In this document: piece after piece, positions 8,368-18,930 of the stretch
Layout of the letters: each line of letters starts with the position of its first letter
Numbering within the stretch: position 1 is the stretch's first letter
Origin: a virus
Reading direction: 5' to 3' (one strand)
Virus record (IMG/VR): IMGVR_UViG_3300023296_001674
Length of the DNA stretch: 64,000 nucleotides
Program-made: the position numbers and the translations under genes
Notes under the pieces: model-generated
What the model saw: only the letters and a program-made list of their open reading frames with translations
Database searches by the model: none
Told to the model about the DNA's origin: nothing

Positions 8368-10575
8368 ATGAATACACTTTTTGGATTTAATAAATTACAC
8401 AACAGCATCGCATTACAGAACAAGCAGTCTGTTGTTATCGAAACTTTGTCTGGTGATATCGATGATTCACTTATTCTTGCAATCCTTACAGATATTGCAC
8501 AGTTTGGCTATACGCTAGACGGTAATGTTATCAGTGCGTTGAAGACGCAATCTGAAAATACATTGGTTGAGTTCCATAAAGAACTAACTGCACAATTGTC
8601 TATTATGGTTGGTGCACACGTTACGTATCGTCCATTATTCAAGAAATTCCCTAATGATATTCCTGACGATGCAGAATATTTCACTAAACGATTCATTGGT
8701 CATGTTACCAATTTATTTGGATTAACACCAGAAAATGTGGCACCACTTTCGTGTGGTCACGTCATTGATACTCGTTTATTCAACATGGATGATTTCGGCG
8801 CTTGCCCAATCTGTCAAATGCAGGTTGATGAAACCACGGCTGCGACTGATCGTCCATCGTTGGATGAATCGACACCATTTAAAATCATTGGCTTGGCTAC
8901 TAGCGACGATGTATACGCCATCTTCACAAACTTATTGTCGGCTAAAGCATCTATCTCTGCGGAGAATAAAGAACTAATCACCGCATTGGTTGCGGAGAGT
9001 AATGTGTTTAATTACATTCCCGATGTTATCCCAATGAAGGAAAATGTTGCGTTGATTGCTGGTTTGCTTGTTAAACACACTAATGAAGCACTTGATGTAT
9101 TGGTTAAGCACGTCAACACTTCAACTGATGTATTGCGCCTTGCTGTTCAATTAAATGATGGTGATGTATCACTTGCAGAACCAACCAAGTTTAAGTTGCG
9201 CAACAAAGAACGTCGTATAATCATGGGACTTCTGGATGCAGTTAACAAACCAGAAGAAGACATGCTACGTTATCGTATGCAATGGATTCGTTTGGCTGAA
9301 GTGTTGCACATTGGTTCAAAGCGCCATCGTTTTCCTAATGCATTTAATGCAGTGGACAAGTTGCGTAATGACGCCAAGTCGATTGAGACATTTAACAGCA
9401 AAGTTGAAAAGAATGTCCTTGTAGCAAAGGCAACTGGTTTAGATGATGGATTAATTAAACTATTGGCAACTCGCCCCGGTGAGTTTGCAAGACGTTTGGA
9501 TTTCATGTTGAGTAATATTGGCAATGTTGTTACGGTTCTTGACACATTCAAGTCTATTGTTGATAGAGTGGCTTCACCAATGTTGTTGCAAATGGCTTCG
9601 CACTTCAACACCCGAACTGAAGTTGCACCATTTCGTTATTTCTTACCGAAAGGCAACGTTGCAAAGATGCAAATAGTTGATGACACACGCGCAGTTCTTG
9701 ATCTTACGATTGTTAAATCAGTTGTTAAGATCATCAATGACGAATTAACAAAACGCTTTTCAACAATGGAAAGCCTTGGTAATGTTTTGATTGATCCGAT
9801 GCTTGAAAATTATCTTGTTCCATTGGCGCAACGTGCAGCGACTAAAAGTTTGGTTACGGTTGCGCGTGGCTCACGTATCACGTTTTCTGATAAGAACACC
9901 ATTCGTTTGTTCCTTTACTGGAAAGAAAATGCCGAGGTTGGACGCACCGATGTTGACTTAAGTGCGGTTGCATATGACCAAAATTGGGACTATGTTGAAC
10001 ATCTTTCTTACACCAACCTATCTGGTGTTGGCAGTGTCCACTCTGGTGATATTCAATCTGCTCCCAATGGTGCATCTGAGTTCATTGACTTCAATATTAA
10101 AGAAGCAATGGAACATGGTATTCGTTATGTAACGATGAACGTTCTTTCATATAGCGGTCAAGCATTCGACCTATTTGAATCAATCGCTGGAGTTATGGGA
10201 CGCGATGAACCATCAAGCGGTGAACATTATGAACCAACTACAGTTGAGAATAAGTTTGACGTTGGCGGTAACTCACGCCACAACATTCCGTTTGTTGTTG
10301 ATTTGAAGAAACGCGAAATCATTTGGACTGATTTGGCTGTGAGTGGTGGTGCATTCAATAACGTAGAACAAAGTTCAGGGGCTATTGTAATGATGTCTAA
10401 GGCGGCTGAAGCAATGGTTGACACTAAACCTACCATGATTGATTTGTTGCAACTACACTTCGATGCACGTGCCGACAGCGTTGACTATGAGCGTCAGCCT
10501 GATAAAGAATACGATACGGTGCTTGGTGTTTCTATGGCTTCTAATGTAGATGACATCCTAGCCAATTGGTTATAA
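8368..10575 (+). CDS. large protein with a TerD-like C-terminal domain
   Basis: GGAGG RBS; C-terminal TDVDLSAVAYD...GSVHSGDIQSAPNGASEFIDF resembles the TerD family. Confidence 0.6.
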   Translation: MNTLFGFNKLHNSIALQNKQSVVIETLSGDIDDSLILAILTDIAQFGYTLDGNVISALKTQSENTLVEFHKELTAQLSIMVGAHVTYRPLFKKFPNDIPDDAEYFTKRFIGHVTNLFGLTPENVAPLSCGHVIDTRLFNMDDFGACPICQMQVDETTAATDRPSLDESTPFKIIGLATSDDVYAIFTNLLSAKASISAENKELITALVAESNVFNYIPDVIPMKENVALIAGLLVKHTNEALDVLVKHVNTSTDVLRLAVQLNDGDVSLAEPTKFKLRNKERRIIMGLLDAVNKPEEDMLRYRMQWIRLAEVLHIGSKRHRFPNAFNAVDKLRNDAKSIETFNSKVEKNVLVAKATGLDDGLIKLLATRPGEFARRLDFMLSNIGNVVTVLDTFKSIVDRVASPMLLQMASHFNTRTEVAPFRYFLPKGNVAKMQIVDDTRAVLDLTIVKSVVKIINDELTKRFSTMESLGNVLIDPMLENYLVPLAQRAATKSLVTVARGSRITFSDKNTIRLFLYWKENAEVGRTDVDLSAVAYDQNWDYVEHLSYTNLSGVGSVHSGDIQSAPNGASEFIDFNIKEAMEHGIRYVTMNVLSYSGQAFDLFESIAGVMGRDEPSSGEHYEPTTVENKFDVGGNSRHNIPFVVDLKKREIIWTDLAVSGGAFNNVEQSSGAIVMMSKAAEAMVDTKPTMIDLLQLHFDARADSVDYERQPDKEYDTVLGVSMASNVDDILANWL

Positions 10576-10610
10576 GTATAAGCACGTTTTTCGAGAGCGT
10601 GTTCGCCGAA

Positions 10611-10647
10611 AAGTGCCCCATAGCTTAGATTGTGGGGCACTTTTTTC
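10611..10647 (+). terminator. rho-independent terminator
   Basis: GTGCCCCA...TGGGGCAC stem followed by TTTTTT. Confidence 0.7.
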
Positions 10648-10675
10648 TTGACAATTTATCACCATATGATACAAT
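10648..10675 (+). promoter_or_regulatory. sigma70-like promoter TTGACA-N16-TACAAT
   Basis: Immediately after the terminator. Confidence 0.55.
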
Positions 10676-10705
10676 AAACACTTAATCATTAAAGGAGAAT
10701 ACACA

Positions 10706-11794
10706 ATGGGTTCATGGAATGCAACTTGCGGAATATCACAGTTACCAATTCTTGCCGGTGAAAAAATTCGGGTATTCGTTCTTAAACCTGTTCTACATCG
10801 CGAGAGATCACCGAACATGATGTGTTACCCCACGGATAATTATAGAACATTGGGGATTCCTTTTATTGCTGAATATAATGATTATGGGTCAGTTACAAAT
10901 ATTGAAGAAAACTATAACACCAAAATTATTCACGATGAATTATCTAAACTGGCAGTTCTACCAAAGGATAAACCATTCACTATTGGTGATGCTGTTGCGT
11001 ACATTAAAGAACCATCACATGATGATGATCAATATCACAGTAATTACTTTGAAGTAGTTGATATTAGTGATGAAAATATTTTAATCCGTGATCGACACAG
11101 TGCCAATAAAGATGTAATATCCGTTCCGGTGTCCAACCTCAAACATGATAATGGCGAAGGATATTATGACGACTTTGGCGACTTGGGTCAAATTATCGAT
11201 CTTACCGAACGTGGTGTTTTTGAGATTTCGGGTTGTGCTTACTTTAACTCAAAACTTCTTGCTGTCCCTGGTTTATTTTATGTTCGTGAAAACATTTGGC
11301 AAGCGTTGATTGCCGACATCGAAGAAGAAAGTGAATATAAGTGGGGACATAAATCACGAGACACCATGCTAAAACAAATCGATGATTTTTTAGTAGAGTT
11401 GAAAGAAACGGTGGATGCGGTTGAAGAGAAAAATAAAACTCCAGAAGATGCGGCGGTTGCTGCTTTTAGAATGATGCATGGTATGATAACGATGGGTGGT
11501 GAAGAAAATCGTATCGGTAGATTGTTCGAAAGTTCAAGTGATACTTTTAGTGCTACTCTCTATCGTGAACCGATGCTTGATGCTATACGCAACGATGACA
11601 TAAAACTAGCAAAATCTATTCTAATTGATGCATACGACACTTCATCGTTTATGTTAACAATGATGTGTCTTCGTAAATCATTAGCGCCACAGTGCGGTGC
11701 TGGTAGTCAATCTGTTGGTATTGATTATCACACTGCTCTAGTTGATGCTATTACAACTGAAATCAAGGCGATTGGCACTCATTGGGATGAATAG
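10706..11794 (+). CDS. hypothetical protein
   Basis: 362-aa ORF with RBS AAGGAG; ends in TAG. Confidence 0.6.
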   Translation: MGSWNATCGISQLPILAGEKIRVFVLKPVLHRERSPNMMCYPTDNYRTLGIPFIAEYNDYGSVTNIEENYNTKIIHDELSKLAVLPKDKPFTIGDAVAYIKEPSHDDDQYHSNYFEVVDISDENILIRDRHSANKDVISVPVSNLKHDNGEGYYDDFGDLGQIIDLTERGVFEISGCAYFNSKLLAVPGLFYVRENIWQALIADIEEESEYKWGHKSRDTMLKQIDDFLVELKETVDAVEEKNKTPEDAAVAAFRMMHGMITMGGEENRIGRLFESSSDTFSATLYREPMLDAIRNDDIKLAKSILIDAYDTSSFMLTMMCLRKSLAPQCGAGSQSVGIDYHTALVDAITTEIKAIGTHWDE

Positions 11795-12186
11795 GTGATA
11801 TCAGGCGACGGTTTATTGCCTAATTCGTGTATCATGTTCCAATCAGATACAGATGTATTATGGCGTTGGTTATTTGATATAGGTTTTATATTTTTGTAAT
11901 CATATTTGTTTAATATGTCAAATGGACTCGGCAGTTTATCGGCAAAATATAATATCAATTCATCATAATCTTCCGATGTTAAATGATCGTCGTCAAGATA
12001 TAGATCACTTTCAAATGACCTTGAATAACCATAATTTTTTAATGAATTGATATCACAATAATACAATAATGATAGAGCAGAGGCATATGGAAGAGCAGGG
12101 TAGCAATATTTTATGATACCTAATATTTCTTCTGTGCAATCCCAATTTCGTGTGAATTCATATCTTTTACACCATTCATTTATCAT
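11779..12186 (-). CDS. hypothetical protein
   Basis: 135-aa ORF convergent with the upstream gene. Confidence 0.45.
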   Translation of the reverse strand: MINEWCKRYEFTRNWDCTEEILGIIKYCYPALPYASALSLLYYCDINSLKNYGYSRSFESDLYLDDDHLTSEDYDELILYFADKLPSPFDILNKYDYKNIKPISNNQRHNTSVSDWNMIHELGNKPSPDITYSSQ

Positions 12187-12309
12187 TTGTATAAATCCTT
12201 ATTATTCTCAATATATCATTTTATAATAAATATAGACATAATCGAAAGTTATATAGTAGTTGGATACCATATAACTTTCTAAACAATACGCAACGATAGG
12301 AGTGGCGTC

Positions 12310-13173
12310 ATGTCTAAAGATATTTATAACACTAAATTTATATTCGGTCAAGATTATCATGGATTTATTTATGAATGGGTTGATAATTCTAATGGTAAAA
12401 AATATATAGGATCGCATAAAGGGTCGATTGATGATGGATATATAGGTTCAGGAACATATTTTATTTCTGCTTATAAAAAAAGAACCCATTGTTTTAGTCG
12501 AATAATATTAGAATATATATCAAAAAATATAGATGATATATATACCATTGAACAAAAATGGTTAAATATGGTAAATAATATATCATCAAATGAATCATAT
12601 TATAATCTATCAAATAACGCAACAGGGGGAAATTCTGAAAAAAACTACGCACGAAAAAGAAATGGTGAATTTACTGAAAAAGAAATGATTGCACATGAGC
12701 GAAAAGCCAATGGTATATTTACACCAAAAGAACTAGAGTTTCATAAACGTCGAAAAAATAGATTTTTAAATGGTGATTATACAAAAGCAGAAAAACAGTC
12801 TTATATACGATCTAAAGAGCGAAAATCAGCAGGGAATTTTACAGATGCAGAAATTAAATATTTTAGTGAACAAAAAAAGAGAAAATCAAATGGTATATTT
12901 ACACCAAAAGAAATAGAGTTTCATAATAATCAAAGTAATCGGAAGTCGGCAGGAAATTTTACAGATGCCGAGTTAAAATGTTTAAATCTCGATAAAATAA
13001 GAAAATCAAAAGGCTTATTTACCGATGCGGAATTAAAAAATTTTAAGAACATGAAGGGAAAACGATGGCTTACCAAAGATTTTATCAATAAATTAATATC
13101 AAAAAATTTAATACAACAATATATTGATGCCGGTTGGATATTTGGAAAATATAAAAAAATCAATCCCAACTAA
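12310..13173 (+). CDS. GIY-YIG homing endonuclease with about 6 tandem NUMOD-like DNA-binding repeats
   Basis: GFIYEW...KYIGSHKG motifs; repeats G(N/I)FT(D/P)xE(I/L). Confidence 0.8.
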   Translation: MSKDIYNTKFIFGQDYHGFIYEWVDNSNGKKYIGSHKGSIDDGYIGSGTYFISAYKKRTHCFSRIILEYISKNIDDIYTIEQKWLNMVNNISSNESYYNLSNNATGGNSEKNYARKRNGEFTEKEMIAHERKANGIFTPKELEFHKRRKNRFLNGDYTKAEKQSYIRSKERKSAGNFTDAEIKYFSEQKKRKSNGIFTPKEIEFHNNQSNRKSAGNFTDAELKCLNLDKIRKSKGLFTDAELKNFKNMKGKRWLTKDFINKLISKNLIQQYIDAGWIFGKYKKINPN

Positions 13174-16100
13174 ATTTATCAATCCCATCAAAATCTATTT
13201 CACTTCCGTCTGATAATGTTAAACTTCCTGACATTTCTTCCGATGTTGGAAGATTGTTTGGATTGCTATCTGCCGTAAATGTTTCACCATCAACTGTTAA
13301 TGCCCACCCTTGTGTGCCTTCCATATTTAGTGTATCTGTTCCCTCGCCGCCCGATATCCAATCACCGCCACCAAATCCGTCGCCGCCTTCGCCACCGAAG
13401 ATAAACATATCATCGCCACCATTGCCCATTACGTGGTCATTAGCATCTGTTGCATCGTCGCTATCAAATGTATCATCTGCTTTTTTTCCTTTGTCTTTTC
13501 CATCTATTTCATTATATTCAGAACCGCCTTCACCACCCTCGCCGCCTTCACCACCATCTTTATCTTTTTTATCTTTACCTTTTCCACCTTCACCGCCTTC
13601 ACCGCCATGTCCATGCCCATGTGATCCACCTTCACCGCCTTCACCACCTTCATTGCCTTCAACGTCGATAATGGTCGTAGCGGTTCCGGTTCCACCTTCA
13701 CTGTCCACTATATTATATGTGAAACTATCTTCACCAGAAAATCCTTCATATGGCGTATAAGTCCATGTTCCATTTTCATTATCTATTATAATTCCATTTT
13801 CAGGATCGTCAATGCTGGTAATAGTTATAGTGTCGCCATCTAAATCTGTATCATTAGATAGCAAATCTTCAGAAGAAAACGTTATAGAATTATCATCATC
13901 AATATCAAATTCATCATCAACACCAAGAGGTGTGGTATTTCCTGTTTCATCTACTAACCACGTGGATGATTGTGTGTCAACAGATACAACAGATGCCGTA
14001 ACAGGTGTATCTCGTTCTATTTCTACTGTTCCATCTGAATACGTTAATGTGTTAACCGAAGTGTTTGATGTTTCTGTTGTTATGTCTGTAGTAGTTGTTT
14101 CTGTAAACACTCGATTAATCACAGTTGTTTTTGTTCCATCGTCATTTTCAACAATCGATTCATTATTTACAAATGTTATGGTTGATTCTGGTTCACTCGT
14201 TATAATATTTTCTTCTGTTTCTATGGTTGTAACAATTTCAGGATCAACATATTCGGTTTCGACATTAGTTAATGTTTCCGTTCGTGTATCTGAGGTTATT
14301 TCGCTATCAATGTTGGGTGTTCCATTTTCGACTTCAACCGTTCCGTCTGAATATGTTATTGTGCTGACGGGAGTTATCGTTGTGGTGGTTGTGGTTTCAG
14401 TCGCATATTCATTTGTGGTTGTTGTAGTAGTATCTATTTGTTCGCGGTTATTATCCGTATCGATAGTTGTATCACTTTCTATTATGTCGTTAGTTGTTTC
14501 CCATGTTTCATCGCCCACAACAGCATCGGTAGTGGTAACGTATTCAGTGGTTATTGTTGGTTCTTCATATGTAGTAACAATTTCGTCCGTGGTATCAACT
14601 CTTGATTCAGTTGTTGTATCTGCTGTAATAACAGGATCGTCCTGTTCAATTTCAACAGTTCCATCTGAATACGTAATGGTTGTTATTTGTGTGGTTGTGG
14701 TTGTGGTTGTTGTATCAGTTTCATAATTGTTTGTGGTTGTGGTCGTTGTATCTAATTGCTCACGGTTATTATCCAAATCATTTGAACGTGACACATCATC
14801 TTCGGTTGATGTTGAAATTAAGGTTTCATCGCCTACGACAACGTTGGTTGTTACTTCTTCTGACGTAACAATTTGTGGCTCTTCGTAAACAACGTTGGTA
14901 TCAGTTAACACTTCTTCTCTTGTATCGGTTGTAGGTTCAACTGTTTCAACTGGCGTTCCGTATTCTATTTCAACTGTTCCATCTGAATAAGTGATAGTGA
15001 TAACGGGTGTTGTTGTTACGGTTGTAGTTGTTATTGTATCATATGTATTTGTGGTTGTGTTGGTAGTATCTAATTGTTCGCGGTTATTATCCGTATCAAT
15101 AGTGCGAACAGTTTCTGATTCTGTTTCGGTGTTAGATAATATTTCATCGCTAACAACTACTGTTGTTTCATGCTCATAGGTTTCAACAATTTCAGGGTCT
15201 TCATTCGTAGTTATTGTTTCTGAAGTCACTTCATCGCGTGTTGATGTATCAGTGGTAGTTTCTATCGCTGGTGTGCCGTATTCTGTTTCTACAGTGCCGT
15301 CGCTGTAAGTTATGGTATGAACAGGCGTAGATGTGGTTGTGGTGGTTGTATCAACCGCATAGGTATCTGTGGTCGTTGTTGTCGTATCTACCCGTTCGTT
15401 ATTATATTCTGTTTCAATAGTTGTCACTACATTTTCTTCTGATGCTGTTCCAGTTTGATATTCATCGCCAATTGTATCCACTGATTGCACATCAGTCGTG
15501 ATTGTAATAACAGGCTCTTCTGTACTTGTGGATATATCAATTTCGCGGATTTCATCACGTGTTGATGTATCAATTTGAACTGTGTTATCGGTTGGTTCTG
15601 CGCGTTCGATTTCAATAGTTCCATCGCTATATGTAATGGTTTGAACTTCGATTGTTGTTGTTGTTTCCAATATGGGCGTTTCAAATGTATCTGTATATTC
15701 ACGCGTCACAGTAACTATTTCTTGATTATTATCTAAATCGTTAACACGCGATGATGAATCATAGAACTCTGTATTAGTTAAAGTTTCTTTGCCGTTGTGA
15801 AGGTCGGTTGAAATTTCATATGTGACAACAATGGTTGGTTCTTCATATGTGGTAACTATTTCATCGGCAATATCGGTTCTTGTTTCTGTATTTGTATTTT
15901 TTGTAATAGACGGATCGCCCTGTTCAATTTCAACTGTTCCATCTGAATAAGTGATAGTTATTACTGGTGTTATTGTGGTGGTAGTCGTTGTATCAATGGC
16001 ATAGTTATTCGTGGTAGTAGTTGTTGTATCTACTTGTTCACGATTGTTATCAGTGTCTATTATACGGTCAATTTCTGTCCCGGTTTCTGATCCAATTAGA

Positions 16101-17152
16101 ATTTCATTACCAATTTCATTTGATATTTCAGTTGTATATTCGGTTGTGATAACAGGTAGTTCTATATCAGTAGCAAATATTGCATCTCTAATCGCAACTG
16201 TTGTATCAACTGTGGTGTTGGATTCTATCACAGGGTCACCCACAATCGTTTCAATAGTGCCATCACTATATGTAATAGTTTCGGTTGGCGTTGTTGTTTC
16301 TGTGACCGTTGAATCAATCGTTGTGGTATCTGTATAATTACGAGTCGTTGTGACTATTTCTTGATTGTTTGCTAGATCATTTTCTTTTGAAACTACATCT
16401 TCGTATGTTGTTACAACACATGGATCATCGATAACTGTATTTGAAATAATTTCGTATGAAATTTCTCTAGACATCTCGGTCACTGGTTCTACAGCATCAT
16501 CGCCACCACCACCATTGGTGCCATTATCAATAGGAAACCCAAGATCGGGGTTAAGCACAGAATTAAGAATTGCGTCAAAGTCAATTTCAGGCATAACGTC
16601 TGTATTCGCGAGTGGATCATTTGGCACCTCGTCAACGCTTTGATTTACATCATTTATTGTAGAAAATCCGCTATCTTCCGCACGCTGCTGTTCTTCTTCG
16701 GCTACTTTTTTAAATACATCATCGCCATGCATTTCGCGTGTATCAAATATCAAACTGGCACGATCTATAGCATAATCTATTTGTTCTGATGTAAACCCAT
16801 TCTCAATTAATTCATTCCTTGTGTAACCATTGACGTCAATAGATACATTATTTATATCATTAAACGCTACTATATTATTTTCAGTATTGACATATATACC
16901 CAACGATGTCTGTATTACTGTGCCTTCTGTGATTAGTGCACTTAACAATTCCGCTTCTGTTAGTTGTGAACCCATGTGAATATTTTGTGAACCAGAACCA
17001 AACACATCTTCTTTATCGCCACCATCACCTTCGTGAAGTTGTTGTACCGATGCATCAAGGTCAATTTCATCTTCGGTCTGTAAGACAGTTAAATCATCAA
17101 GTATTGAGTGATTTTCGCGAACATCGTCGTCGTCATTTGTTATTTCAGCCAT
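13160..17152 (-). CDS. giant Thr-rich tandem-repeat protein with a cadherin-like domain and C-terminal RTX-type Ca-binding repeats
   Basis: About 8 repeats of 100-110 aa (TITYSDGTVEIE, DTDNNREQxDTTTTTTN); cadherin-like ITFSSEDLLSNDTDLDGDTITI...FSGEDSFTY; GGEGG runs and GNGGDDMFIFGGEGGDGFGGGDWISGGEGTDTL. Confidence 0.85.
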   Translation of the reverse strand: MAEITNDDDDVRENHSILDDLTVLQTEDEIDLDASVQQLHEGDGGDKEDVFGSGSQNIHMGSQLTEAELLSALITEGTVIQTSLGIYVNTENNIVAFNDINNVSIDVNGYTRNELIENGFTSEQIDYAIDRASLIFDTREMHGDDVFKKVAEEEQQRAEDSGFSTINDVNQSVDEVPNDPLANTDVMPEIDFDAILNSVLNPDLGFPIDNGTNGGGGDDAVEPVTEMSREISYEIISNTVIDDPCVVTTYEDVVSKENDLANNQEIVTTTRNYTDTTTIDSTVTETTTPTETITYSDGTIETIVGDPVIESNTTVDTTVAIRDAIFATDIELPVITTEYTTEISNEIGNEILIGSETGTEIDRIIDTDNNREQVDTTTTTTNNYAIDTTTTTTITPVITITYSDGTVEIEQGDPSITKNTNTETRTDIADEIVTTYEEPTIVVTYEISTDLHNGKETLTNTEFYDSSSRVNDLDNNQEIVTVTREYTDTFETPILETTTTIEVQTITYSDGTIEIERAEPTDNTVQIDTSTRDEIREIDISTSTEEPVITITTDVQSVDTIGDEYQTGTASEENVVTTIETEYNNERVDTTTTTTDTYAVDTTTTTTSTPVHTITYSDGTVETEYGTPAIETTTDTSTRDEVTSETITTNEDPEIVETYEHETTVVVSDEILSNTETESETVRTIDTDNNREQLDTTNTTTNTYDTITTTTVTTTPVITITYSDGTVEIEYGTPVETVEPTTDTREEVLTDTNVVYEEPQIVTSEEVTTNVVVGDETLISTSTEDDVSRSNDLDNNREQLDTTTTTTNNYETDTTTTTTTTQITTITYSDGTVEIEQDDPVITADTTTESRVDTTDEIVTTYEEPTITTEYVTTTDAVVGDETWETTNDIIESDTTIDTDNNREQIDTTTTTTNEYATETTTTTTITPVSTITYSDGTVEVENGTPNIDSEITSDTRTETLTNVETEYVDPEIVTTIETEENIITSEPESTITFVNNESIVENDDGTKTTVINRVFTETTTTDITTETSNTSVNTLTYSDGTVEIERDTPVTASVVSVDTQSSTWLVDETGNTTPLGVDDEFDIDDDNSITFSSEDLLSNDTDLDGDTITITSIDDPENGIIIDNENGTWTYTPYEGFSGEDSFTYNIVDSEGGTGTATTIIDVEGNEGGEGGEGGSHGHGHGGEGGEGGKGKDKKDKDGGEGGEGGEGGSEYNEIDGKDKGKKADDTFDSDDATDANDHVMGNGGDDMFIFGGEGGDGFGGGDWISGGEGTDTLNMEGTQGWALTVDGETFTADSNPNNLPTSEEMSGSLTLSDGSEIDFDGIDKFSWD

Positions 17153-17239
17153 GATACATCCCCTATATTAATATTATGTGCATGATATCAATATTTAAGA
17201 AATATGTCAATGAATATCAATGATTTGGTTCAGTCAAGA

Positions 17240-17479
17240 TTAATCCAATGACCTTATTATAACATCACCGCCAGAAAATTGAACCAGTTCTTCCATTGTT
17301 TCTGGCCCGATTATTGCGTCAGGCATCGTATTTTTTATATACTGTAACACTGCTTCGGTTTCTGTCGAACTCAATAAATCAAATGTCAATTCAACCATAT
17401 CGTCATATTTTTTCACGTTGACCGGGAGACCCATGAGATGTATAAGTTCTGTTGATATAGGACCAATCATTTTGTTCAT
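17240..17479 (-). CDS. small hypothetical protein
   Basis: Tightly packed leftward ORF. Confidence 0.45.
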   Translation of the reverse strand: MNKMIGPISTELIHLMGLPVNVKKYDDMVELTFDLLSSTETEAVLQYIKNTMPDAIIGPETMEELVQFSGGDVIIRSLD

Positions 17480-17712
17480 TGTTGTTCCTGATTTATAAAA
17501 ACGCTGCGATGATAATTAGGATATAAACTATGCAAATTTTCTTGTGTTAATGGAAAATTTTTACACGTTTTTTTTATAACAGTTAATAATTCTTTTCGAT
17601 TAATAGACACTCTTACATCGGGTAATTTTTGTCCATGCCAACTTTTTCGATATATAAACACGATATCGCTATTGGTGCCGATTAAAACTATTTCTTTAAT
17701 TTCTTCATTCAT
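17476..17712 (-). CDS. small hypothetical protein
   Basis: Overlapping start/stop with neighbours. Confidence 0.45.
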   Translation of the reverse strand: MNEEIKEIVLIGTNSDIVFIYRKSWHGQKLPDVRVSINRKELLTVIKKTCKNFPLTQENLHSLYPNYHRSVFINQEQQ

Positions 17713-17748
17713 TATATACTCACTTACATTTATGTCAACTATAAATAT

Positions 17749-18000
17749 TTATACCACCGTAATCCATACGTCATTAATATAATCAGCATAACATTCTATG
17801 ATTTCAGCTTGTGTTGCAGTTGCAGTGTCGATATCAAGTTTTATTTGTATTTTTCCGTTTGATAATATATATATTAATTCATTCATTTCTTTAAGTGTAA
17901 GACCAAGCATACCATCACTCATGATAGATTTCACGATACTTGATGTTCCATCCACATATTGATCTAGTTCATCGATATAAATTTCTATCATTATAACCAC
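17749..18000 (-). CDS. small hypothetical protein
   Basis: Leftward ORF. Confidence 0.45.
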   Translation of the reverse strand: MVIMIEIYIDELDQYVDGTSSIVKSIMSDGMLGLTLKEMNELIYILSNGKIQIKLDIDTATATQAEIIECYADYINDVWITVV

Positions 18001-18263
18001 CTTAACTTGAATGCCATCGCATATATATCATCTTCAAGAGCAAACAAAACTTTAGATCGTTTTACACCTTCTCCGTGAAAAAATAGCCAATGTTCTAATT
18101 CGATGCTATTTTCATCAGCCCATTCATAATATTCAGATAAATTCAACTCCCATCCATACGATGATTCTTTTGCCCACAATCTCATCACCACGCTATAACA
18201 ATTGGATATCTTTCTATCATCCGGCATGATTTGGTCTGGAATGGTGTCAGTTATCTTCATCAT
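17991..18263 (-). CDS. small protein of the AFKLRW family
   Basis: C-terminus DDIYAMAFKLRWL. Confidence 0.5.
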   Translation of the reverse strand: MMKITDTIPDQIMPDDRKISNCYSVVMRLWAKESSYGWELNLSEYYEWADENSIELEHWLFFHGEGVKRSKVLFALEDDIYAMAFKLRWL

Positions 18264-18501
18264 CCACCACGCCGTGCCATCTTAATTTATAACCCATTGA
18301 ATCTATTTCATCATTAATTTGTATATCTACTGTATTACTTGTTCTGTTAATGGTATGTGAAAAATCTATTTTATTATCAAATAACCAAAACAGTCTTTCG
18401 CGCTCACCTTCTGTTAATACTGCGCCCGTTCTTTCATGTAGCGTCGATTCTATTATATCTATATTATCACAAGATGATAGTTTTTTGCCCATATGAAACA
18501 T
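18247..18501 (-). CDS. small protein of the AFKLRW family (ends GYKLRWHG...)
   Basis: Shared C-terminal motif. Confidence 0.45.
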   Translation of the reverse strand: MFHMGKKLSSCDNIDIIESTLHERTGAVLTEGERERLFWLFDNKIDFSHTINRTSNTVDIQINDEIDSMGYKLRWHGVVDDEDN

Positions 18502-18700
18502 CCTTATGTGTTGATTTAAAATCTAATATCGTTTTTTGTGTAATACCATACTCTTTTATAACTATACCAATCGAATTTTTACTTGCGGTTAACACCGACC
18601 AATCTCTATCTGTATATGTATATGACGTATCCACATAAAAAAAATCTAACCACCCTTTCTCAACTGGATTGTTACGACAATCAAAAAATTTATAGTTCAT
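18467..18700 (-). CDS. small hypothetical protein
   Basis: Leftward ORF. Confidence 0.4.
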   Translation of the reverse strand: MNYKFFDCRNNPVEKGWLDFFYVDTSYTYTDRDWSVLTASKNSIGIVIKEYGITQKTILDFKSTHKDVSYGQKTIIL

Positions 18701-18930
18701 ATTTTTATATTCTGTATTGTTTTATGATCTAGATTCATTATTACAGCTAGCTCGTTTTGCGATAGAGTGTATTTTTCTACATATTTTTCAAGTAGCAAAT
18801 CGCTCATTGGGTACGTGCTCATTTTTGGAAAAACCCGTCTGTGGTACTCACTAAACAATTCACTAGTAGGTTTAATCTTACCTAACACCGTGCCACCTGG
18901 AAGTTTCGTCACTGTTGATCCTCTACTCAT
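18697..18930 (-). CDS. small hypothetical protein
   Basis: Leftward ORF. Confidence 0.4.
   Translation of the reverse strand: MSRGSTVTKLPGGTVLGKIKPTSELFSEYHRRVFPKMSTYPMSDLLLEKYVEKYTLSQNELAVIMNLDHKTIQNIKI

Noticed and set aside
8199-8390. 63-aa ORF across structured repeat units 2-3
   Set aside because: It lies inside conserved hairpin repeats in a leader region with no RBS. The downstream gene 8368 has a canonical GGAGG.
13254-16643. Plus-strand ORFs 13254..13760, 13812..14726, 14991..15179, 16011..16337 and 16365..16643, with low-complexity V/S/P-rich translations
   Set aside because: They lie antisense to the 1330-aa repeat gene and reflect its repetitive codon structure. They have no RBS and are mutually overlapping.
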